The position numbers and the translations under genes are program-made. A stretch of DNA of 40,152 nt from an uncultured Candidatus Marinamargulisbacteria bacterium (GTDB taxonomy: Bacteria > Margulisbacteria > Riflemargulisbacteria > GWF2-35-9 > CAYUBI01). Positions 1 to 8,231 of this stretch are shown here, one piece after another. Below the pieces are notes generated by a model. It had not been told where the DNA came from, ran no database searches, and saw only the letters and a list, made by a program, of their open reading frames with translations. Numbering within the stretch: position 1 is the stretch's first letter; each line of letters begins with the position of its first letter. Where the stretch lies: positions 1 through 40,152 of the forward strand of contig CAYUBI010000005.1 of NCBI GenBank assembly GCA_964443005.1, in the 5' to 3' direction.

Positions 1-2
1 AA

Positions 3-107
3 GAAGGTTTAATTGCAGCTTATCAAAGACTAGTTGAACATGGAATTTCTTCTGAAAACGCTCGACATATGTTAGGCTTACTCCCTATGGATTCTTCGTT
101 ACATTAA
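3..107 (+). CDS. 3' end of a gene truncated by the window edge; resembles the C-terminal helical tail of Rpn/PD-(D/E)XK transposase-like proteins
   Basis: Hand translation: EGLIAAYQRLVEHGISSENARHMLGLLPMDSSLH*, TAA at 105-107. The pattern EG...xxLxxxGxSxExxxxxxGL is typical of Rpn-family C-termini. Confidence 0.4.
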   Translation, partial: EGLIAAYQRLVEHGISSENARHMLGLLPMDSSLH

Positions 108-182
108 ATACTATAGTTCTAACCCCGAATTGGGTGGGTTCTACCTATTAGACAGTGTAGAGGAGCCTTATCGTTTTTTTGC

Positions 183-959
183 TCACAGTTTACTGGGAGT
201 CCGACAGACTCCTAGTAAATCTAATAGTCCGTTAATAATTGTTAATGGATGTGGCGGACAACCTGGAATATAAAGATTTATGGGATAGCGTGTTAAAAAT
301 TCTCGATAAATGGCAGGTGAGTTTGCAAAAAGTCCCCCGCTAATTGCACAGGTTCCTAAAAGGATAATTAGTTTGGGCGCTGGTGTTGCTGTATATGCAT
401 CTTCAATTGCTGATGCCATAGCTTTGGTAAAAGGGCCACTGATGATGAGCCCATCAGCATGACGTGGCGATGCTACAATATCAATTCCAAAGCGTCCAAT
501 GTCAAAGTTGACATTGGAACAAGCGTTCCATTCCAATTCACAGCCATTGCAGCTTCCTGCGCTAACATGTCGCAGTTTGAGTGAACGTCCGAAAATTTTA
601 TGTATGTCAGAAGAAAGCGGTTCTACAGTGATTTGCTTTTGCAAAATTGTTGACTGTTGGGTCACAATTAATTGATTACGTTGAGTTGTGGCAAGTCGAT
701 AATTAGTTGACCATATTATTGTGTTTGTTGTGCTATTTCGTTGACATTGGCCACAAAAAAGGCAACGGCCTAAATCTAGTTGTAAGGGTTTTTGTTTAAG
801 TGCAAATGTCGGGCATGTCCAGCTTGTAGATTCTGAATTTTCACCTATTGCAGCTTGAATGAGTGGAACGCCGCGAAATGGAGCTAATAAAGTTGCTTTT
901 CGAATATCCTTGATCGTATGACGTCGGTGTGTTAGTGCTAAAATAAGTTCGTTAAACAT
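183..959 (-). CDS. hyfI: Ehr/hydrogenase-4 small subunit (NuoB/HyfI-like) with N-terminal ferredoxin-like domain
   Basis: NuoB-family motifs SAGSCNGCELE, ASPRHADG, GTCAISGG and IPGCPPHP; N-terminal CPT...DLGRCLFCGQC. Confidence 0.9.
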   Translation of the reverse strand: MFNELILALTHRRHTIKDIRKATLLAPFRGVPLIQAAIGENSESTSWTCPTFALKQKPLQLDLGRCLFCGQCQRNSTTNTIIWSTNYRLATTQRNQLIVTQQSTILQKQITVEPLSSDIHKIFGRSLKLRHVSAGSCNGCELEWNACSNVNFDIGRFGIDIVASPRHADGLIISGPFTKAMASAIEDAYTATPAPKLIILLGTCAISGGLFANSPAIYREFLTRYPINLYIPGCPPHPLTIINGLLDLLGVCRTPSKL

Positions 960-980
960 GACTTCTCCATTGGATAAGCA

Positions 981-2477
981 TCATAAATCAAATCCAGCAT
1001 ACGATAAGCTAAAACTTTTGTTACATAAAGGGAAGTCTGAAATTGCATTGTTACGCATGGCTAGAGTTAAACCAAACCAATTATTAAATGAGGGATCTTT
1101 GATTTTGTAACTGATTAGTTTCCCTTGCTCATTCGTCATGGCAATATGTGCAATTTCGCCACGCCATCCTTCTGTAAGACCTACAACAATGCTGGATGGT
1201 TGTAACTGTATTTCTTTTTGTTGAATATTTGCAGTGAATGGTTCAGCTTTAAGTGCTTGTTCAATATAAAACAATGATTGTTTAATTTCAATATATCGAA
1301 GATAGGCTCTAGCAAAGATACCTCCTTTTTTTAATCGAACTTTGTCAATTGTAATTTTGCGATAAGCACCAAAAGGATGATCTGCGCGAATATCCATTGC
1401 AATATCAGAGGCACGTGCAACCAGTCCAACACATCCTAATTCGTATGCTTGTTTATTCGTTAGAATGCAATTATGCTCCATTCGTGACAATACAGTTGAT
1501 GAGCTGAACATTGTTTCGCTAACAATATCAACTTCGTTAGCAAGCCACTGAATTAATATATTCAGTTGTGAAATTTGTTCAAGCGATAAACTGGCCGACA
1601 TTCCGCCGATTTGAAGCAGACCTCGCCCAAAACGATTTCCGCACCAATTTAGAAAGGTGTTAATAACTCGCGTGCGAATAGCCCCAAAAATTGAATTGCC
1701 TAAAAGATATCCAACATCACCTGCCAATGCAGATAAGTCTGCAAGGTGCATTGCAATGCGTTCTAGTTCCAAGGCAATTGCTCGAGCATAATAAACAGAC
1801 ATTGGAATTGATATTCCTGATAAGGATTCCATGATTTGTATGTAGGTGCTTCCATGTGCTATGACTGAGTCACCAGCTATTGATTCAGCTAACAGTATCC
1901 CTTGATTTGTTGGCGCGTTCATGAGTAATGTTTCGATTCCGCGATGTTGGTACCCTAGTTGAATCTCTAAATGCATAACTGTTTCACCATGACATAAAAA
2001 TCGAAAATGACCAGGTTCAATTATTCCAGCATGAATAGGTCCAACGCCAACTTCGTGGCTGGCTTCACCTGTCATATGTAAAAAAGGATAGTTCGCTATT
2101 GCAGGAAATGTTGCTAGATCAGTAATTGGAAAACGAACGGGTTTAAGCCATGGATGGTTAATAGGTGTAATTCCCCAGGCTTCAAAAAGTTCGCGTTCAA
2201 CCATGTGAAAGGCAGGAATTTCTGGAGTTAATGCTGGGTAATTGCTGCAGAGTTGAAGTGAGGTTGTAGCCATCCACAGTTGAGATTGTTCATCATTTGC
2301 AAGCACAGCGAGTAATCCAATGGTTGTGTTTGATTCAGGATATCCCATCCAAGCGATCAGACGCCAGTCGTTTGTTTTCATGAGTGAGATTACCTGATCG
2401 CGTAAGGTTAATAGTGGAAATGTTGAAATATTTGATCGAGGTATGCAACGATAGTTTGATAAAATAAATTTCTTCAT
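981..2477 (-). CDS. hyfG: Ehr large subunit (NuoC/D-fused, HyfG/HycE-like), lacking Ni-binding cysteines
   Basis: ERELFE, VGPIHAGIIEPGHFRF, LGYQHRGIE, EGWRGE and KIKDPSFNNW motifs. The two CxxC motifs are replaced by ESIAGD and KSFSLSYAGFDL. Confidence 0.9.
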   Translation of the reverse strand: MKKFILSNYRCIPRSNISTFPLLTLRDQVISLMKTNDWRLIAWMGYPESNTTIGLLAVLANDEQSQLWMATTSLQLCSNYPALTPEIPAFHMVERELFEAWGITPINHPWLKPVRFPITDLATFPAIANYPFLHMTGEASHEVGVGPIHAGIIEPGHFRFLCHGETVMHLEIQLGYQHRGIETLLMNAPTNQGILLAESIAGDSVIAHGSTYIQIMESLSGISIPMSVYYARAIALELERIAMHLADLSALAGDVGYLLGNSIFGAIRTRVINTFLNWCGNRFGRGLLQIGGMSASLSLEQISQLNILIQWLANEVDIVSETMFSSSTVLSRMEHNCILTNKQAYELGCVGLVARASDIAMDIRADHPFGAYRKITIDKVRLKKGGIFARAYLRYIEIKQSLFYIEQALKAEPFTANIQQKEIQLQPSSIVVGLTEGWRGEIAHIAMTNEQGKLISYKIKDPSFNNWFGLTLAMRNNAISDFPLCNKSFSLSYAGFDL

Positions 2478-2479
2478 GA

Positions 2480-3928
2480 TTATAATCCTTTGGCTGCTTC
2501 TTGAATGATGTCAAATAAGCCTATTGGAAGGCCTAAGCCAATAATACTTAAGATGATTAAAAAGCAAAGTTGAGGCAAATACGCCAGTATCGACAGTTTA
2601 GAAAATTGGTTTATTATTGGTTCTTGATTTTTGGGCATTCGCCCAAAAATCATTCGAAAAATATGGCGTGTCATTCCTACGAAAATAATCACCAGCATCA
2701 TCAGTAATGCCAAAAGAATCCACGGATGATGGTTTTGAAAGAGTGCTAAAATTAATAAAAATTCACTGAGAAAAAGTGCAAAGGGTGGAAATCCGCTGAT
2801 TCCAGCAAACGAGAAGAGCCATAACCATCCGGTTAGCCAGTCACGTTGCATCAAACCCTTTACTTTGCGAATTTCATCTGTGTGATAATGTTGAACTATG
2901 TTGCCTGCTGTTAAAAAGAAGGAGGCTTTGTTAAATGAATGTGCTAGGGTATGAAGTAATGCTGCAATTGCGCCCCATCCTCCTACGCCAAGTCCCAGAG
3001 CCATTAATCCCATGTTTTCTACAGAGGAATAGGCTAGTAAACGTTTAAAGCTAGTAACACGTACAATATAGAGTGCACATACTGCAACAGACATTAGCCC
3101 CATGATAATTAACAGTGAATGGGCATAGTCAGCTAAACCTGCTTTGACCATTAAGCTGTCTAGGCGAAGGATACCCAGCCAAGCACCATTTAATAACGTA
3201 GCAGATAACATTGCAGACATAGGCGATGGCGCTTCTGAATGAGCATCTGGAAGCCATGCATGCATCGGTGCCAGACCCATTTTTGTGCCAAATCCAACCA
3301 GGATAAAAAGAAATGCTAGTTTTAACCAAAATGGCTGCAATGCGGGTGCGTGTAAATACAAGTCTGAAAAAAATAGCGATACACTATCGCCAGCGCCAAT
3401 GGAAAGCAAAATCATGCCAACAAAAGCTAACGAAATTCCAATTGAACAAATAAATATATATTTCCATGCAGCTTCCAATGCTTCAGGCGTGCGTTGATAA
3501 TAAATAAGATATGCAGTAGCTAGTGTAGTTAATTCAATAAATACCCATAAAAGTGCAAAATTGGCACTCATCAGGAGTCCATTCATTGCAAATAAAAACA
3601 AAAAAAAGAAAGTATCGTACAATCGTTCTTGCATTGGAGAATCGTTCCGATGTCGAAAATATGCAATTGAATATAGGCTAACGCCAAGTGTAACACAGCC
3701 AAAAATAAAGAGAAAAAATGCATTTAGCGTATCGCTGAAAAAATATTTTGTCCATTGGCAAGGGTAGTTTAGTAGAAAAATTGAGAGAGAAATCATGAAT
3801 GCTGCATACGCACTTGTCAAACATTTTCGAATAACTCCAGACGCGATTATCCAGCATACTGCTACGCCAATGAGAGGTAGTAATAAAAGTAATGGGAGGC
3901 CAAATGTTGTAATGATAGTGAAATTCAT
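2480..3928 (-). CDS. hyfF: Proton-conducting antiporter-like membrane subunit (HyfF-like)
   Basis: Hydrophobic; WVFIELTT, ALEAAWKY, GFGTKMGLAPMHAWLPDAHSEAPSP and KRLLAYSSVEN motifs. Confidence 0.9.
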   Translation of the reverse strand: MNFTIITTFGLPLLLLLPLIGVAVCWIIASGVIRKCLTSAYAAFMISLSIFLLNYPCQWTKYFFSDTLNAFFLFIFGCVTLGVSLYSIAYFRHRNDSPMQERLYDTFFFLFLFAMNGLLMSANFALLWVFIELTTLATAYLIYYQRTPEALEAAWKYIFICSIGISLAFVGMILLSIGAGDSVSLFFSDLYLHAPALQPFWLKLAFLFILVGFGTKMGLAPMHAWLPDAHSEAPSPMSAMLSATLLNGAWLGILRLDSLMVKAGLADYAHSLLIIMGLMSVAVCALYIVRVTSFKRLLAYSSVENMGLMALGLGVGGWGAIAALLHTLAHSFNKASFFLTAGNIVQHYHTDEIRKVKGLMQRDWLTGWLWLFSFAGISGFPPFALFLSEFLLILALFQNHHPWILLALLMMLVIIFVGMTRHIFRMIFGRMPKNQEPIINQFSKLSILAYLPQLCFLIILSIIGLGLPIGLFDIIQEAAKGL

Positions 3929-3934
3929 GTATTG

Positions 3935-4570
3935 TTAATCCTTTAAGCGAGTTAATGTTTGGACTTTGACATCTTGAAATGTGGACTGAATTTTCGTCAC
4001 AAATAAACCTAATAAATAGATGGCAATAAATACGTCTAATAATACACCTAAATTTACAATAATTGGCATATGGTAAGTTAATGACAAGGACAATAAAAAA
4101 ATTCCATTTTCAAGCATCATGTATCCCATAACATGGGTGATGATTTTTTTTCGTGTAACAATGATAAATAGTCCCATCATCATGGTAGAAACTGAAATTC
4201 CGAAAAATAAAGGATTTAAATCAATAGTGTGTGCAGTAGCCCAATAGGCTACGTAAAATCCAAATGCAAAAATGAGACTACTAATTACGAGGGAATAAAA
4301 CATGGGAATATCGGGTTCTTCTTCGCGTTGAATGTTATTTCGTAGAATTAAGCGATGTAAAAATATGGGAATTAATGTTGTTTTTATTCCAATAGTTTCG
4401 ATGCACAAAATAATTAATGTTAACATATCTGTATGTGCACTGTTCGTGATGACTAATAAAAATAGAAAAAATCCCTGTGCTGAGATTGCTTTGATATAGC
4501 TTTCTAGTCGTGTTGATAGTGACGCGTATAGCATCGTAGTTCCAAAAATTATGGTAAGCAGCCCAATCAT
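3935..4570 (-). CDS. hyfE: Hydrogenase-4 membrane subunit HyfE-like
   Basis: About 210 aa, hydrophobic, with GYMMLENGIF and ending LTRLKD; sits between hyfC and hyfF. Confidence 0.85.
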   Translation of the reverse strand: MIGLLTIIFGTTMLYASLSTRLESYIKAISAQGFFLFLLVITNSAHTDMLTLIILCIETIGIKTTLIPIFLHRLILRNNIQREEEPDIPMFYSLVISSLIFAFGFYVAYWATAHTIDLNPLFFGISVSTMMMGLFIIVTRKKIITHVMGYMMLENGIFLLSLSLTYHMPIIVNLGVLLDVFIAIYLLGLFVTKIQSTFQDVKVQTLTRLKD

Positions 4571-5478
4571 TGTAGTACACCCTGATGCATAAAAACTACG
4601 AGCGAAATGATAGTTAAAGCTAATGAAGTTATTAGAAAAATAAACTGAGGAACATGTATCATTCGAATACGTGCAAAAAAAGATTCAATAGTCCCAATAA
4701 CTACAGCTAGTCCGGTAATGATACTTGCTAAAATAATCCATGAAGTCCAGCCTAATTGCATGGGCGTTACCAAAGAGGCAATGAGTGTACCGAGCAACAT
4801 CATCATTAATGCATGCGAATAGTAGATCATTGCTAAGCTGGGCCCCGAGTAATCTAAAACCATAACTTCGTGAATCATTGTTAATTCTAAATGTGTTTGT
4901 GGATCATTAACAGGAATTCGTCCGGCTTCGACTAAAAGTAATATAAAAAGTGCTAAGGCTGTTAAACCTGAAACTAATCCAGCATTGGTTTGATGCATTA
5001 ATAGCATCATTCCGCTAAAAGATGACGATCCATTTAGCGTAGTTAATCCCGCTAATAATAGAAAAAATGCAGGTTCAGCTATAGACGAAAAAGTCATAAA
5101 CCGACTGACTCCCATGCCCTCAAAACTGCTGCCAGTATCCATAGCACCCAAGGCTAGCATCATTTTTCCCACAGCAGTTATTAACACAAATAGGAATATG
5201 TCGCCAGAAAATGAGACGATTGCCTGATGGTTAATAGGTATCCACACAGATGCCATTATGATGCTGATCATAAATACAATGGGTGCCCATTGGAAAATCC
5301 ATGAGGTGCTTGTGCTAATCACTTCTCCTTTGCGTAACAGTTTAAGAAAATCCCAAAAAGGCTGTAATAAGCAAGGGCCTTGCCTGCCTGTCCATAAAGC
5401 TTTGACACGCAGAATAATTCCCATTATCCAAAATGGCCCAATTATCCATGCTATTAATGTGAGAATAATGTGAATCAT
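4567..5478 (-). CDS. hyfC: NuoH/HyfC-like membrane subunit
   Basis: GRQGPCLLQPFWDFLKLLRK, DTGSSFEGMG and EAGRIPVNDPQTHLELTMIHE motifs. Start moved to ATG 5478, which forms an ATGA overlap with the hyfB stop. Confidence 0.88.
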   Translation of the reverse strand: MIHIILTLIAWIIGPFWIMGIILRVKALWTGRQGPCLLQPFWDFLKLLRKGEVISTSTSWIFQWAPIVFMISIIMASVWIPINHQAIVSFSGDIFLFVLITAVGKMMLALGAMDTGSSFEGMGVSRFMTFSSIAEPAFFLLLAGLTTLNGSSSFSGMMLLMHQTNAGLVSGLTALALFILLLVEAGRIPVNDPQTHLELTMIHEVMVLDYSGPSLAMIYYSHALMMMLLGTLIASLVTPMQLGWTSWIILASIITGLAVVIGTIESFFARIRMIHVPQFIFLITSLALTIISLVVFMHQGVLQ

Positions 5479-7463
5479 GAGTGTACCATTAGCCATATCA
5501 TATTTGCGATTAAAAATAATAAACCATACAAAATATATAACTGAATATTTCCGGTTTGGATCCAAGTAACGCTGCCTAACGAGCGAATAAGTTTACGAAT
5601 AATGGGATTAACTATGTATCGATCCATTATATCTGAAAATGCAGATTCGAAATGAGCTTTTTGAGGAAAAAACGTTTTAGGAATATATTGGGTTACAGAT
5701 TTAGATAGCAAACGATTGACTAATCCGAGTAATGGTTCAGAAAAAGATGCACCTGAATACTGCATATGAGGTGTTGTTGCACTATATCCGCAATCCCATG
5801 TTTTGGCTCGAGTTACTGGTTGATTTTTTCGGATCATCCCGCGTAATGCTGCTATAAGCATCATTAAGACGAGACTAACGAAAATCGCTATTGATAAGGT
5901 GGAAACACCTGTGTTATTGAGTGTAAACGAGCTAGTTATACCTGCATTGAGTGCGATCCAGCGTACTGGCTCGCAAATGAGCACTTTAAAAAAAAGCGAA
6001 GGTATAAAACCCATTGCTAAAAGAAGAAGCATTGGAATTGTCATTGCCATAATCATTAGCTGATGAGGGTCAGTTCCTTCTTTTCCAAATGTGCTGCGAG
6101 GTTGGCCTAAAAATACGATACTGATTGCTCGGGTAAAACTGAATAGAGTTAATATGCTAGTGAGTGCTACGATGCTGATTGAAAGAATTAATATCATTAT
6201 TTCTGATGCATCTGATCCTGAAAGACCCCCAAAAAGGCCTTGTAAGAGCAGAAATTTACTGATAACTAGACCAAAAGGTGGAAGTCCAGCTATAGCAATG
6301 GCTCCCATGATAAATAGTGCTGCAGTTTTGGGCATACGATGAATCAATCCACCCAGTTTTTCGATATCACGCGTGTTTGTTTGTTGTTGAACAGCACCTG
6401 CAGCAAAAAAAAGCACCATTTTCGCGAGTGAATGTCCGAAAATATGAAAAAAGACAGCGCCAAATCCTAGCAAAATAAGGGACTCATTAAGATTACGAAG
6501 TCCCATCATTCCTAGAGACAGTGCAATGCCGATAATCCCAATGTTTTCAATGCTAGAATAGGCTAATATGCGTTTGAGATTCTTTTTTGATAATGTATAA
6601 ATAATTCCCAAAATAGCCGTAATTAGGGATATTCCCAGCATTCCATGAATGATAAGCGGAGTTGGCGTACCTAACCACGAAAGCATTCGAAGTATGCCAT
6701 AAATCCCTAATTTAATCATCACGCCTGACAATAATGCTGAGATAGGGGAGGGTGCTTCTGGATGTGCTAGCGTAAGCCATGTATGTAAAGGCATCCATCC
6801 TGCTTTTATGCCAAATCCGCAACCTAATAGGATAACAACTGCTAGAGTTAGCGTTGGATGACTTGTTAAATAGGGGCCAAAATTGGAAAAGGTGAATTGT
6901 CCTGTTCGCTGAGTTAGCAATAATAAACCAACTAAAATAAAAAGATAACCAATGTGCATTGCAACCAAATAATATAAGGATGCATTGGTAACTTCTTTGC
7001 GTCCATGTTCTAGGCTTATAACAAAAAAGGAGGATAAGGTCATCATTTCCCATACCCATAAAAAGGCAATAACATGGTGTGTTATTGCAACCATTATCAT
7101 GGATGCACATAAAATAACAAAAAAAACTCGGTGCATTCGTTTGTCAGCTTCTTGGGCATGAACCCTAGATAAATAACCGACCATATACATGCTACAGAGT
7201 CCAGTACCCAGTGCAATAATAACCAAAAAAAATGCACCTAATGGATCAATAATTAGTGGAATTTCACCATATAATTTGCCCAGTTCCCATATTGTTTGAA
7301 GCGGTTTCCCAGTTAACAAGACATTTCCGGCGCTGGCTACAACTGCGCCAGAACCTGCCAGTATTAATGTTAAAAATATAAATTTTATAAAACGAGTCCA
7401 CTGTGCAATTGATGTTGCACCTGCTAGTAAAATAAGACACAGTCCTATCCAGAAACTAGTCAT
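5475..7463 (-). CDS. hyfB: NuoL/HyfB-like proton-conducting membrane subunit
   Basis: WEMMTLSS, KAGWMPLHTWLTLAHPEAPSP, KRILAYSSIENIG, TWDCGY and QTGNIQLY motifs. Confidence 0.9.
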   Translation of the reverse strand: MTSFWIGLCLILLAGATSIAQWTRFIKFIFLTLILAGSGAVVASAGNVLLTGKPLQTIWELGKLYGEIPLIIDPLGAFFLVIIALGTGLCSMYMVGYLSRVHAQEADKRMHRVFFVILCASMIMVAITHHVIAFLWVWEMMTLSSFFVISLEHGRKEVTNASLYYLVAMHIGYLFILVGLLLLTQRTGQFTFSNFGPYLTSHPTLTLAVVILLGCGFGIKAGWMPLHTWLTLAHPEAPSPISALLSGVMIKLGIYGILRMLSWLGTPTPLIIHGMLGISLITAILGIIYTLSKKNLKRILAYSSIENIGIIGIALSLGMMGLRNLNESLILLGFGAVFFHIFGHSLAKMVLFFAAGAVQQQTNTRDIEKLGGLIHRMPKTAALFIMGAIAIAGLPPFGLVISKFLLLQGLFGGLSGSDASEIMILILSISIVALTSILTLFSFTRAISIVFLGQPRSTFGKEGTDPHQLMIMAMTIPMLLLLAMGFIPSLFFKVLICEPVRWIALNAGITSSFTLNNTGVSTLSIAIFVSLVLMMLIAALRGMIRKNQPVTRAKTWDCGYSATTPHMQYSGASFSEPLLGLVNRLLSKSVTQYIPKTFFPQKAHFESAFSDIMDRYIVNPIIRKLIRSLGSVTWIQTGNIQLYILYGLLFLIANMIWLMVHS

Positions 7464-8085
7464 TTTTTCTCCAGGACTGTTCCATAATTTCGAGTAAAGC
7501 TAAAACATCTTGACTTCGTGGTTTTTTTTTAAGTTCATTTGCAAATTCAGGTTGTTCACATGCAAAGGTTAATTTAATTAAAAGATCCATAAATCTTGTT
7601 CGATTGGGGCTTTGAATAAAAATGACACTATGAATAGAATTATTGATAGTTAGGGTATTGTTGAGTCGCAACGCATTGCAATAACCGATACATACGGTTT
7701 CATTGCTGTAATCTGTTAGTTTTGGCATTAATGGATGAGGTATACTGCATCCATTTCGATGAAAATTGTAAAATGGAGGGTATTTTTTTTGTGTGACTTC
7801 TTCACGAGTGATAGTGATTGGAAGTGAAAAACAACTTTTTTCATGAATAACTTTTGCAAATCGAATTGGATGTTTTAGGGATTCTGTTTCTCGGATGATA
7901 TCAATAGTAATGGGAATATTATGAAGCATAATCCATGATTGTAATGCTGCTTTTGAAAATCGATATTGATGTTGAATTTGATACGTAGGTATAGAGGCTT
8001 CGTTAATCCATTTATAAATTGTTTTTTCAGAAACATGTAAAATGTTAACCAAATCATTGATTTTGTAATCCATTGGTTCTCCCAT
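7456..8085 (-). CDS. Excisionase-type HTH DNA-binding domain fused to a (degenerate) PTS EIIA(Ntr/Fru)-like domain; likely regulator of the Ehr operon
   Basis: N-terminal DLVNILHVSEKTIYKWI...IPTYQIQHQYRF (HTH_17-like). C-terminal GCSIPHP corresponds to EIIA GIAIPH. Overlaps the hyfB start. Confidence 0.75.
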   Translation of the reverse strand: MGEPMDYKINDLVNILHVSEKTIYKWINEASIPTYQIQHQYRFSKAALQSWIMLHNIPITIDIIRETESLKHPIRFAKVIHEKSCFSLPITITREEVTQKKYPPFYNFHRNGCSIPHPLMPKLTDYSNETVCIGYCNALRLNNTLTINNSIHSVIFIQSPNRTRFMDLLIKLTFACEQPEFANELKKKPRSQDVLALLEIMEQSWRKND

Positions 8086-8231
8086 TTGATTTCACTGATC
8101 TTTAGATTGCCAAACGGAAAGATTATACATACATGCAGGGCGCAAAGCAATAAGAATTTTCGGTTTCCTTTACGTTGACCATGATAAAAAATGCATTTAT
8201 ACTTAGGGTACACTAATTATAAGGGTAAAAG

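Noticed and set aside
113-180. Possible REP or terminator hairpins between the first fragment and hyfI
   Set aside because: The stems are short and imperfect, so they cannot be assigned with confidence.
981-2477. Calling this a functional [NiFe] hydrogenase large subunit
   Set aside because: Both Ni-binding CxxC motifs are absent.
3129-7110. Short alternative-frame or antisense ORFs inside the Ehr genes
   Set aside because: They are nested in well-supported genes and show no recognisable motifs.
7875-8213. 112-aa minus-strand ORF
   Set aside because: It overlaps the HTH-EIIA gene out of frame and has no motif.
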